From: a virus
Taxonomy: Duplodnaviria > Caudoviricetes
Length of the DNA: 53,476 bases
Virus record (IMG/VR): IMGVR_UViG_3300048574_000531
Coordinates: 1-53,476 of that record
Reading direction: 5' to 3' (one strand)
The notes under the pieces are model-generated. The model saw nothing but the letters and a program-made list of their open reading frames with translations. It was not told where the DNA came from and ran no database searches. The position numbers and the translations under genes were made by a program. Below are positions 45,276 to 53,476 of the stretch, piece after piece. Position 1 is the stretch's first letter. Each line of letters begins with the position of its first letter.

Positions 45276-45587
45276 ATGAACCACGCAATCTCGCCCGTTC
45301 GTGGCGACACCGCCCGCCACTACCGTGAGCAGGACGCTGCCGAGCGCTACGAGATAGCCATCGAGCATCGCGCCGACAACATCCGCGACGACCTAGACGC
45401 CAAGGACCTGTTCGACATGCTGGGCGACGATGCGGACAGGCTCATGGCCCTATGTGACGAACTGCTGCGATTCAAGGACTGCAATGCGTTCCGGCTGCCT
45501 CTCGAGCAACGAGGCATCGCCCAGGCGCTGCAGGCCATTACCGAACCATGGATAGCCGCGAAGGTGGCAGAGGAGATAGCGGGATGA
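45276..45587 (+). CDS. Hypothetical protein
   Basis: AAGGAG RBS. Confidence 0.7.
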   Translation: MNHAISPVRGDTARHYREQDAAERYEIAIEHRADNIRDDLDAKDLFDMLGDDADRLMALCDELLRFKDCNAFRLPLEQRGIAQALQAITEPWIAAKVAEEIAG

Positions 45588-45808
45588 GCATCTGGGAAGG
45601 GTCTGCCAAAGTCGCGATCAAGAATCTGCATTTCTCCGACAACCCCAACGCTCAACCTGTCGTCGACTTCATCCGGGGTGGCTTTGAGCTGGGCTACTAC
45701 GAAGCACAGCGCTGCGAGTCGCTAACTCAACAGGCCCTCGACGCCGAGCGCCACCAGCGTATGCGGATCAGGCAGCGGGAAGTGATATTGGATCGGAGGA
45801 TGGCATGA
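45584..45808 (+). CDS. Hypothetical protein
   Basis: ATGA-coupled on both sides. Confidence 0.65.
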   Translation: MSIWEGSAKVAIKNLHFSDNPNAQPVVDFIRGGFELGYYEAQRCESLTQQALDAERHQRMRIRQREVILDRRMA

Positions 45809-46470
45809 CAACCGCACCCGCCGTATCAATCACCGACGAGCTGCTGGCCGAGTTGCGTCGGCTGGCTGAGGCAGCAACCCAAGGCTCCTGGAGGAGGGAT
45901 TACGGCAATGACGTTTCTATCTCAGAGTCCGGAGACGAGGCGTTCTGGGAGTGGCAAGAGGCCGGGCCAGCTAAGTTTGACGGCGATACGGCGCAGACCC
46001 GCGCGGACGCGAACTATGTCTCCGCGGCCAACCCCGCCGCTATCCTCTCCCTGCTCTATCACATTGATGAGCTGAAAGCCCGCCATAATGGATGCCGCGA
46101 CATGGCGGGCTGTATGGAGATGTTTCGCCGTGACATGATCGAGGCAGGCATAACCGGGGAATCCTGCCCGTCGATGTTCATGACTGAGGGCGTACTTGGT
46201 TTTGTCAGGAAACTAAAGGATGAAGTTGAAGAACTGCGCAAACAGCTGGAGGACAGCGATCAAGCGCTGAAAGAGTCGCGGGCCAGTGAAGCGGTCAGCC
46301 AGGAGACCATTCGTGACGCCGAGCGGTATCGGTGGCTGCGCAATAGTGCATCAGTATCAACTGACAGCGAGCCGGTTGTAGTCGATTCGACGCCATCAGA
46401 CCGCGAATGCCTGTTTGGCGAAGGGCTGGATAACGCCATCGACGCTGCCATAGCCAAGGAGTCGCCATGA
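45805..46470 (+). CDS. Ead/Ea22-like mosaic protein
   Basis: LAEAATQG.W...ADANYVSAANPAAILSL; DAERYRWLR. Confidence 0.75.
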   Translation: MTTAPAVSITDELLAELRRLAEAATQGSWRRDYGNDVSISESGDEAFWEWQEAGPAKFDGDTAQTRADANYVSAANPAAILSLLYHIDELKARHNGCRDMAGCMEMFRRDMIEAGITGESCPSMFMTEGVLGFVRKLKDEVEELRKQLEDSDQALKESRASEAVSQETIRDAERYRWLRNSASVSTDSEPVVVDSTPSDRECLFGEGLDNAIDAAIAKESP

Positions 46471-46742
46471 AGAACCACGGATTCTTCACCCTCCGCGATC
46501 TGATCCAGGCCTTGCACCATCAAGGCCTTTTTTATGCCCGCGATCTGATCGACCGAGGGCTGACGATACGGGAGCGCAAGGTATGACCACCCACCAACGT
46601 CAGCGCCGCCGCGCCATCTGGCTTGGCTTCGCCATCATCTTCATCTGCTGGGCAGTCCTGCCGATCATCGCTAAGCACTAACCCCTTCCACCTTTTCACC
46701 ACATGCGCACGCCGTAGGGCTTCGGCTGCGCGGGAGAGATTC

Positions 46743-47261
46743 ATGTCTTCGGAATCCAAAACGCATTTCCGCAAGGCCTTCGATTCCCCATATCTGAGCA
46801 GCGCTGACATTGTCGAGCCGACCGTGTTAACGGTAAGCCGCGTGTCCCTGGACGCTGACAAGACCAAGAAGACGAAGGACCAGTTCAACACGGCCTATTT
46901 TGCAGAGCGCGAACTGCGCCCAGGCGAAAGGCTTAAGCCGATGATCCTCAACGCCACGAACAGCAAAACTATGAAGGCCATCACTGGCTCTCCATTTATC
47001 GAGGATTGGGCCGGCGTGAAGGTCACGATCTACGTCGACACAAACGTGAAGTTCGGAAAGGAAACGATGGAAGGGCTACGGATCAGCCCGCGCGCTCCTG
47101 TAGTGGCTTGGCTTGAGCCGAGCAACGTCAAGCAGTGGAACAGCGCGAAGGCGGCATTCATGCGCGACGGAAATCTTGATGCCGTGTTGGCTCGCGTCTC
47201 GATTAGCGATGAACACCGGGAACAACTGATCCAGGAGTGCCAGCAGCATGATGTGGCATGA
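46743..47261 (+). CDS. Putative recombination protein (annealase position)
   Basis: Directly before the exonuclease; KTHFRK...YL...KPMILNATN...IEDW.G...V.FG...GLRI. Confidence 0.6.
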   Translation: MSSESKTHFRKAFDSPYLSSADIVEPTVLTVSRVSLDADKTKKTKDQFNTAYFAERELRPGERLKPMILNATNSKTMKAITGSPFIEDWAGVKVTIYVDTNVKFGKETMEGLRISPRAPVVAWLEPSNVKQWNSAKAAFMRDGNLDAVLARVSISDEHREQLIQECQQHDVA

Positions 47262-47883
47262 CGTTCCTCAAAATTCAGAAGCATGGCAAGCGTTGCGCTG
47301 TGGCAAAGCGACGGCCTCAAACTTCGCCTGCTTCATGGCCAACGATGGCAAGGCATTCGGCGATCCCGCTAAGCGCTACGCCTTACAGATCGCTCTTGAG
47401 CGAATCACGGGCCGCAAGGCGGAGTACAGCTTCAAGTCGGACGACATGGAGCGCGGTCACGAACAAGAGCCCGTCGCCAGGATGCTGTACGAAGATGAGA
47501 ATTTCACAGCGGTAACGAATGGTGGATTCTTCGATTGCGGCGAATACGGCGACTCGCCCGATGGATTGGTAGGCCATGACGGCATCATCGAAATCAAGTC
47601 AGTCATCGCCTCGGTCCACTACGCCACGTTGCAGCGAGGGTCATTCGATCCAGCGTATCGCTGGCAGCTGGCGGGGCACCTCGACTGCACCGGCAGGGAC
47701 TGGGTCGACTTCGTGAGCTACTGCTCGGACTTCCCCGAGGCTGGCCGGCTGATCGTATATCGATATGACCGCGATGCCTTCAAGGATGAACTGGCAAGGC
47801 TACCGGTACGGCGCGGCGAGTTCCTGCGCCTGGTCGCGGACACACAGATAGCCATCGAAAGCCGCATAGGGGTAGCCGCATGA
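47248..47883 (+). CDS. YqaJ/lambda-type exonuclease
   Basis: QNSEAW..LR.G..TAS; MERG...EP.AR; SPDG...IEIK. Confidence 0.92.
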   Translation: MMWHDVPQNSEAWQALRCGKATASNFACFMANDGKAFGDPAKRYALQIALERITGRKAEYSFKSDDMERGHEQEPVARMLYEDENFTAVTNGGFFDCGEYGDSPDGLVGHDGIIEIKSVIASVHYATLQRGSFDPAYRWQLAGHLDCTGRDWVDFVSYCSDFPEAGRLIVYRYDRDAFKDELARLPVRRGEFLRLVADTQIAIESRIGVAA

Positions 47884-48443
47884 CCGACCCCCTCATCCAG
47901 GCCTCGAACGCGAGGCAAGCACGACTAGAGGCGGCCAAGGCTGCCTTTTTCATGTCTGGCGGAAAGATCCGTGAAGTGCCGAGTGGCGTCAGCACAGAGA
48001 CTCCAAAGGCCAGAGAGGTTCTTTCAAAGTCTAAAGGGGCAGAAAAGGGTCGGGCTGCCGTGGTGGCTCGAACCCGGGCGATCACCGAACAGCGCAAGAA
48101 GGAAGTGCAGGCCCTGGCTGATCGCGGCCTGAACGTCTCCGAAGCAGTGCGCGAATCAGGCTTCGAACAAAGCTGGCTGCGCCGCTTCGCCAAGAAACAC
48201 GGAATCGAGTTCGTCAAAGGCGAGGGTGATACCGCAGCGCTGGAATCAACGAATGCCGAGCGGGCCGAACGCCGGGCATCCCTATACCCGCAGATTGCCG
48301 AAATGGCCGCCAAGGGCGCGTCGATCAATCACATGGCCGAGACCCTTGATGTTTCGCGCACGCTGATCATGAACGCCATGCGGGACTTCAACATCCCGCG
48401 CGGCCCAAAGATGGACCTCACCAAAGGTCCAGGCCATGCGTAG
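47880..48443 (+). CDS. Hypothetical protein with HTH-like repeats
   Basis: Coupled ORF. Confidence 0.65.
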   Translation: MTDPLIQASNARQARLEAAKAAFFMSGGKIREVPSGVSTETPKAREVLSKSKGAEKGRAAVVARTRAITEQRKKEVQALADRGLNVSEAVRESGFEQSWLRRFAKKHGIEFVKGEGDTAALESTNAERAERRASLYPQIAEMAAKGASINHMAETLDVSRTLIMNAMRDFNIPRGPKMDLTKGPGHA

Positions 48444-48609
48444 GCGCCAGGACGATGGCATGTCCTCCCAATACCACGCCTATCTCACCGAATACCGACA
48501 AGGCCACAGCGCACCCCGATATGCCACGTGTCCATACACGCGACTAGACATCGGCCGGCGCTGCGCCTGGCTGGCCGGATACAGAGACAGATATGGAGCT
48601 GCAGCATGA
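48436..48609 (+). CDS. Rmf-like small protein (57 aa, not in ORF track)
   Basis: EYRQG...CPY......RCAWLAGYRD; overlaps both neighbours. Confidence 0.6.
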   Translation: MRRRQDDGMSSQYHAYLTEYRQGHSAPRYATCPYTRLDIGRRCAWLAGYRDRYGAAA

Positions 48610-48797
48610 TGACCGAATCCGCAACGGCGCGCCGTATTGACCGGCTTGCGCGCCCTCTTCTGCACGTCGGCACGAACAAACACTACATCGTCACGGCTTT
48701 CGATGGCCGAACCTACACCCTGGAATCGATCAGCGGCCCGCCCCGCAGGGCGACTGCGGAAGAGCTGCGCGATACGAACCAATGGAGTCAAGCATGA
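48606..48797 (+). CDS. Hypothetical protein
   Basis: ATGA-coupled, GGAG RBS. Confidence 0.6.
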   Translation: MMTESATARRIDRLARPLLHVGTNKHYIVTAFDGRTYTLESISGPPRRATAEELRDTNQWSQA

Positions 48798-49040
48798 ACA
48801 GAATCGACCTGGCGAGTATCCAAGCAGCCCTGGCCGCCTACCGCGCCAAGCAATGGGGTGAGCTGTGAAGCCCTGCCCCATCAACGCACGCAACCAGCGC
48901 CATTCCTGGGCGTTCGTTCGCAACGTCGTCACCAGTCACCTGAGCGGCCGTGTCGGTCGCATCACCCAGCGCGGGCTCTACCGCTGCGAATGCGGTGCAG
49001 CGAAGTATGGCGAGCCGGATTTGAATCAGGAGCAACCGGA

Positions 49041-49313
49041 ATGACGCTACTGAAAGACACCATCCGCTGCGCCCGGAAACACCACGCATGCGGAGCCTGG
49101 TACTGGTTTGATCGGAGCTGCTACGGCCCGCAAGACATTACGCCGGATGATTGGCTGATCGTCGAGGCTGCGCGTGCTGACCGTGGCCGCATCTTGCCTG
49201 GCCAGGAATACATCTATCAGGTCAGCGTCGATGGCGACGGATTCAGAGAGTTCCGCGCTCGCAAGGATATGCACCGCATCTGCATGAAATACGACCTTTA
49301 TCCAGAGGATTGA
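49041..49313 (+). CDS. Hypothetical Cys/His protein
   Basis: ARKHHAC...ILPGQEY; AGGAG RBS. Confidence 0.65.
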   Translation: MTLLKDTIRCARKHHACGAWYWFDRSCYGPQDITPDDWLIVEAARADRGRILPGQEYIYQVSVDGDGFREFRARKDMHRICMKYDLYPED

Positions 49314-49318
49314 CGGAA

Positions 49319-49840
49319 ATGACCAATATCAAAGTGCCGCGTGAGCTGTTGTGGCGAGTATGTAGAGCAGACGCAAGCCTTGGCGCCAGCGCTTCGCAAC
49401 TTGTGGAGGGCTGGCAGGCGATGGCAGAACTCCGCGCCATTCTGGCCGCGCCTGCTGCTAAGCCGGTCCTGCCAGCTCCCTGGCCGAGTGGAGTAATTGC
49501 GCAGACTGCCGCCGCTGCGGTTAGCGATGAGCGCCCTTTCGTAAAGAAAGAGATATGCCCGGACTGCGAGCATCAGTTCGAAAGCAGCGCAAACCCGTAC
49601 ATAAACGAATTGCGCGCAGCCCCCTCCGAGCGCCAAGGGGGCGAGCGGGATGCGGGCCTAGAACTGGCTGCGCAATGGGTAGAGAAGCGTGCCGCAGACT
49701 ACGACGCGGAACACGGCGCAACAGACCCGGAAACAGGAACCCGCGAATATCCCGGCGATGGCGCCGAGTATGTGTATGAGCTTGAAGAGATAGCCGAGGG
49801 TATCCGCGCCCTGTCCGCCACCCAGCAGGAGACCAACTGA
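49319..49840 (+). CDS. Hypothetical mosaic protein
   Basis: GAGG RBS; LRAILAAP linker. Confidence 0.65.
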   Translation: MTNIKVPRELLWRVCRADASLGASASQLVEGWQAMAELRAILAAPAAKPVLPAPWPSGVIAQTAAAAVSDERPFVKKEICPDCEHQFESSANPYINELRAAPSERQGGERDAGLELAAQWVEKRAADYDAEHGATDPETGTREYPGDGAEYVYELEEIAEGIRALSATQQETN

Positions 49841-49841
49841 A

Positions 49842-50072
49842 ATGGCAATGGCCGATTATTACCTCTGTGACAAGTGCGGCGAGAAGTGTTTCTACGATGC
49901 CAATCTGAATTACGAATACCCAGACAAGGCCGGCGACCAACTAGTCAAGGATCGTGGATTCAAACTCGACCACCTGGGTGACATAGCCGCCTTGTGCTTG
50001 GATTGCAGCCAAACGCATGAAGTGATTGTTCAAGAAAAGACTATCGCCACCCAGCAGGAGAAGTCGGAATGA
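49842..50072 (+). CDS. Small Zn-finger-like protein
   Basis: CDKC...CLDC; AGGAG RBS. Confidence 0.65.
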   Translation: MAMADYYLCDKCGEKCFYDANLNYEYPDKAGDQLVKDRGFKLDHLGDIAALCLDCSQTHEVIVQEKTIATQQEKSE

Positions 50073-50416
50073 GTCGCCCGCCGATATATGTTCCGGAATG
50101 CCTAAAGAATCTGCCCAGGCAGAAAAACCGCTCTGCTGACTCAAAAAAGAAGAAAGCCGCGAGGGACCTGGCAAGCGGCGCCATTATCGAGTCAATAACA
50201 AGGGTGAGATGCGCCAAACGAAGCAAGCCAAAAGACTGGGAGCGCGGCTACAACAGCGCAATTACTGTGCTTGAGTTATTCGTTTCTGAGATTTTGGAAA
50301 GGCGCTGGGCTGGCATTGAGGGAGCAGTTGTAAACCAGGAGATTACAACTGGGAAATGCACCTGCGGCCCAGGACAGGGCTGCACAAATTGCCTAACCGC
50401 CAAGGAGACCGACTGA
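50069..50416 (+). CDS. Hypothetical protein
   Basis: Coupled; C-terminal CTC...CTNC. Confidence 0.6.
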   Translation: MSRPPIYVPECLKNLPRQKNRSADSKKKKAARDLASGAIIESITRVRCAKRSKPKDWERGYNSAITVLELFVSEILERRWAGIEGAVVNQEITTGKCTCGPGQGCTNCLTAKETD

Positions 50417-50417
50417 A

Positions 50418-50621
50418 ATGGCTACCAACGAAGTGTCGCTTCCTCTTACGTGCGAGGTTCGCGGCAAAGTGTGGAATCTATTCACTTTTCAGTACACGAC
50501 GCCGGACGGTGAGTTTTGCGGATACCTGCACGCCATTTCTGCGGAACATGCAGTCGCGCTCCTGGAAGACCTTAAAGCCACTGCCGAGTTGAAAGGCCAA
50601 ATGATCGAGGCGGGAATATGA
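50418..50621 (+). CDS. Hypothetical protein
   Basis: AAGGAG RBS. Confidence 0.65.
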   Translation: MATNEVSLPLTCEVRGKVWNLFTFQYTTPDGEFCGYLHAISAEHAVALLEDLKATAELKGQMIEAGI

Positions 50622-51217
50622 GCGAAGGAAATTACATGCTGAGCATTCAGTGGCCAAGCGGGAAACACACTAGCAACGGCATGATCTCTGACGAGCAGTA
50701 CGGCGAGATATGCAAAATCTTGGCGCCTGACTGGACCCCGCCCAGCAGCTTGGAAGGGGTGGAGGTTGTTGCGTGGCGCCACTTCGGCGACAGAACGCGG
50801 CTGCTGTCAGACATTGGAAAGCAGCGCGCTGTGCCTGGCGGGACGGTAGACGAGTTCACCGTACCGCTGATGACTGTGACGCAACACATTGCCGCCCTGT
50901 CAGCCGTGACCGCCGAGCGGGATAGGCTGCAACAGTTCGAGGCCGCATACAACGAATGGCACGACAAGACCGAGTGGGTGCAGAAAACCGCCAAGGCGCA
51001 CGAACTAGGGAAGCACCGCGCCGACGTGCTCAAGGATCGGGTTGACAAGATTCAAGCCGAGGTCGAGGCGCTGCGGGCATTGCTGAGCAAGTCGCTTCCA
51101 GTCGTTGAGGCGCACGCTGGGGCAAGCCACATGCTTGAAGGGTTCCGGCCGATACGGAACAAATGGGACGAACTGGTTGATGGAATTCGCGCCGCCATGG
51201 CTGCGAAGGAGGCGTGA
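50618..51217 (+). CDS. Hypothetical protein with Ea22-like C-terminal part
   Basis: EWHDKTEWVQ...LGKHRADVLK. Confidence 0.65.
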   Translation: MSEGNYMLSIQWPSGKHTSNGMISDEQYGEICKILAPDWTPPSSLEGVEVVAWRHFGDRTRLLSDIGKQRAVPGGTVDEFTVPLMTVTQHIAALSAVTAERDRLQQFEAAYNEWHDKTEWVQKTAKAHELGKHRADVLKDRVDKIQAEVEALRALLSKSLPVVEAHAGASHMLEGFRPIRNKWDELVDGIRAAMAAKEA

Positions 51218-51406
51218 ATGGGTCGCATAGAGCTACTGGCTCGCCGATTCAAGCAGCGCTTCCGCGGCGCAACCTACTGCACCATCGAAAACCGCAGCAC
51301 ACATCAGTTCTCCGTCACCGGCCGCCAGTCATTCATGGTGCTGCTCCGCTGCGAGAAGTGCGGCCAGCTGGCCACATGGGACCCGATCACAGGCTTGACG
51401 GCCTAA
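51218..51406 (+). CDS. Hypothetical protein
   Basis: AAGGAGG RBS. Confidence 0.55.
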   Translation: MGRIELLARRFKQRFRGATYCTIENRSTHQFSVTGRQSFMVLLRCEKCGQLATWDPITGLTA

Positions 51407-51465
51407 CCCCCTAACCCCACCCAAACACACAGCCTGCCGGCGAGAGTCGGCGGGGAGGAGTTCGT

Positions 51466-51786
51466 ATGGTCCTGATTCGAGACACAAAGCACGTCCATCG
51501 CTTCCAGATTGAGAAAGCGGTCGGCAAGGACGCCAGCGGGAAGCGGGTGCTTGACTACTTGTTTGGCGAATATCCCGACCACCACGGCGAGGCAGATTTT
51601 GTTATCCGCGAATGGCGCAGCGACGACCGGACAGTCGTTCAGCGGCTCAACATGCTTTGGGCGGTACCGCTCACGCTGCTGTTGTCGCCCTATCGGTACG
51701 TCGCCAAAGGCCACATAGGCTGGGACAACAAGACGGCGTTCGGCGGCTGGCTGCTGAAGATTACCGGCTCCATGAATGACGCCTAA
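51466..51786 (+). CDS. Hypothetical protein
   Basis: GGAGGAG RBS. Confidence 0.65.
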   Translation: MVLIRDTKHVHRFQIEKAVGKDASGKRVLDYLFGEYPDHHGEADFVIREWRSDDRTVVQRLNMLWAVPLTLLLSPYRYVAKGHIGWDNKTAFGGWLLKITGSMNDA

Positions 51787-51810
51787 CCCCACACGCAGCA
51801 GGAGATAGAC

Positions 51811-52053
51811 ATGCAGCACACAGACAAGGCTACAGCGGCGTTCGAGGCGTGGTGGATTCGTCAGCCGTTCCGCGAGCAGTTCGAGGACGTGAAGGATCAG
51901 ATGCGGAATGTGTGGGTGGCGTCGCGGCGGGAGTTGGTCGTGACCATCGAGCCGGGCGACTGCTTCAGCCCGAACGACTGCGGTTACCTGGCCATATGGC
52001 GTGATGATGCGAAACGCTTGCTCGAAGCAGCCGGCGTAACGGTGAGGGGGTGA
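51811..52053 (+). CDS. Hypothetical protein
   Basis: AFEAWW...W.ASR...EAAGVTV family; AGGAG RBS. Confidence 0.7.
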   Translation: MQHTDKATAAFEAWWIRQPFREQFEDVKDQMRNVWVASRRELVVTIEPGDCFSPNDCGYLAIWRDDAKRLLEAAGVTVRG

Positions 52054-52253
52054 GCATGAGCCTATGGCAATCATTCAAGCGCCTGCCTGAGCAGGAGCAG
52101 AAGCGCCAGTTTGAAGTCCTCGCCAAGTCCGACATGCAGCGGATCCGCATGGAGGTCTGGATAGAGGAAGAAGGCGAGCGCACGAACACATGCGTGAAGA
52201 ACGTACTCGGCAAGCGCTGCAGTTACTGCGGCTGCCGGGAATTGGAGGGGTGA
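52050..52253 (+). CDS. Hypothetical protein
   Basis: Coupled ORF with C-terminal CSYCGC. Confidence 0.6.
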   Translation: MSMSLWQSFKRLPEQEQKRQFEVLAKSDMQRIRMEVWIEEEGERTNTCVKNVLGKRCSYCGCRELEG

Positions 52254-52255
52254 CG

Positions 52256-52501
52256 ATGGAGCCGGAAATTTTGCATGTGCCAGAACTGGCGAAGATGCTG
52301 AACCGAACAGAATGCGCGATACGCTCTGCTATCCGTGACGGGGCAGCCTGGTTGCCGCCTGGATTCAAGCAGGGCGTGCGGCATTGCTGGCGTACAGAGT
52401 CGGTCCGCAGGTTCTTGCGGGAGTATGAGAGCGGCGAACACAAAGCGCCTAAGGTAGGCAGGAAGCGGCGAGAGCCGCCAAAGCTGAGGGGTGTAGCGTG
52501 A
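52256..52501 (+). CDS. xis: Probable excisionase (MerR/AlpA-like winged HTH)
   Basis: LHVPELAKML...WLPPGFK...WRTESV; convergent with int; GGAGG RBS. Confidence 0.7.
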   Translation: MEPEILHVPELAKMLNRTECAIRSAIRDGAAWLPPGFKQGVRHCWRTESVRRFLREYESGEHKAPKVGRKRREPPKLRGVA

Positions 52502-53476
52502 CTAGCCGAGCTTGTCGGCCAGCGCGCTCGGGCAAAGATGTGTGTATCGCTGCAGCATTGCGAGGGTCTTATGTCCCGTGATGCTCGCGACCTCCATCAT
52601 CGTGAAGCCGCGCTCAAACAGGCGGCTCGTGGCCTCGTGTCGCAAATCGTGATAGGTCAGCCCCGCCACGCCGGCAGCCTTGCAGGCGCGCGGGAAGTAG
52701 TTACTCACGGACTGAGGCGACAGGGAAAACACACGGCCATTGATCTGCTTCGGCAGTTCGTCCAGCAGCTTGCGTGCCCGGATCGAGAGCGGCACCAACC
52801 GGCGAGATCCGTTCTTCGTGTCCTCAAGGTGCGCGACCTTCCCTTTGATCTGGTCGCGCCGCAGCAATACCAGTTCAGATCGGCGCATTGCCGTATCGGC
52901 TGCCAGCTCGATGATGACCGGAAGCTCGTGGTGAATCTTCGCGGCCTCGGCATATATCCGGCTCAGCTCATCGCTGGTCGGTCGGCGATCGCGCGACTTA
53001 CTGCCGGCGGGCATCCGCAGGTTCCGGCATGGGTTTACCAACCCTTCAATCCCCCACTCCTTCGCGGCCACTGTATATAGGTGGCTGATGATGGCAAGGT
53101 TCAGGCGAACCGTTGCGGTGGATTTCCCCTCCTTCAGCCTTTCATCACGCCAGGCGGCCAGGTCAGAAGACTTGAGCGAGGCCAGCGACTTCTCCGCCAG
53201 CGGATCTTCCATCCACCGCTTTATGCGGACGCCCTCTTGCTTCTCACCCTTCTTGTGATCGCTTACCTCGCGCCGGTACCGCTTCAGCGCCTCGGCCAGT
53301 GTCGTGCTTTCGGCCTCGCGGATATCCACGAATCGCGCGCGCGACATATCCCCTTCGATCTCGGCCGCCCATCGCTGGGCTTCTGCCTTGGTGTCAAAGG
53401 TAGCTGATAGGGTTGGATATCCTTTGCGGCGAACCTGGGCGCGCCAGGAGCTTCCGCGCTTCTCGAAATAGGCCAT
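52502..53476 (-). CDS. int: Tyrosine integrase
   Basis: TAMRRSE (R), TKNG (K), HDLRH, GH, RY catalytic residues. Confidence 0.96.
   Translation of the reverse strand: MAYFEKRGSSWRAQVRRKGYPTLSATFDTKAEAQRWAAEIEGDMSRARFVDIREAESTTLAEALKRYRREVSDHKKGEKQEGVRIKRWMEDPLAEKSLASLKSSDLAAWRDERLKEGKSTATVRLNLAIISHLYTVAAKEWGIEGLVNPCRNLRMPAGSKSRDRRPTSDELSRIYAEAAKIHHELPVIIELAADTAMRRSELVLLRRDQIKGKVAHLEDTKNGSRRLVPLSIRARKLLDELPKQINGRVFSLSPQSVSNYFPRACKAAGVAGLTYHDLRHEATSRLFERGFTMMEVASITGHKTLAMLQRYTHLCPSALADKLG

Larger units (their letters stand above)
885..53476. mobile_element. Temperate lambdoid prophage/siphovirus, apparently intact
   Basis: Complete ordered set of integration, immunity, replication, lysis, packaging, head and tail modules. 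Confidence 0.95.

Overview
The window is an essentially complete temperate lambdoid siphovirus genome, most likely a Pseudomonas prophage with an HK97/D3-type head and a lambda-type tail tip. The integrase and xis lie at the right end (52.3-53.5 kb). The early-left operon is on the + strand (43.7-52.5 kb) and the cI/cro switch with palindromic operators is at 41.5-43.7 kb. The minus strand then carries helicase-primase replication, nin-like genes, Q, lysis, terminase, head and tail genes down to about 0.9 kb. Accessory cargo includes an acrIE3-aca1 anti-CRISPR operon, an RsmN/RsmF-type CsrA protein with an Rsm-site hairpin on its own RBS, and an immI-like island (four Arc/Mnt genes, an antirepressor, two lipoproteins) inside the tail operon. 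Two features stand out. First, a putative virion-glycosylation module sits in the head-tail region: a GT9-like glycosyltransferase, a SAM methyltransferase, and a Cst-II/Maf-like transferase apparently reached by an unannotated -1 frameshift from the small gene after the capsid. Second, four c4-like structured RNA leaders each have loops complementary to the RBS or start of the moron gene they precede. All family assignments come from motif recognition and memory; no database search was run.
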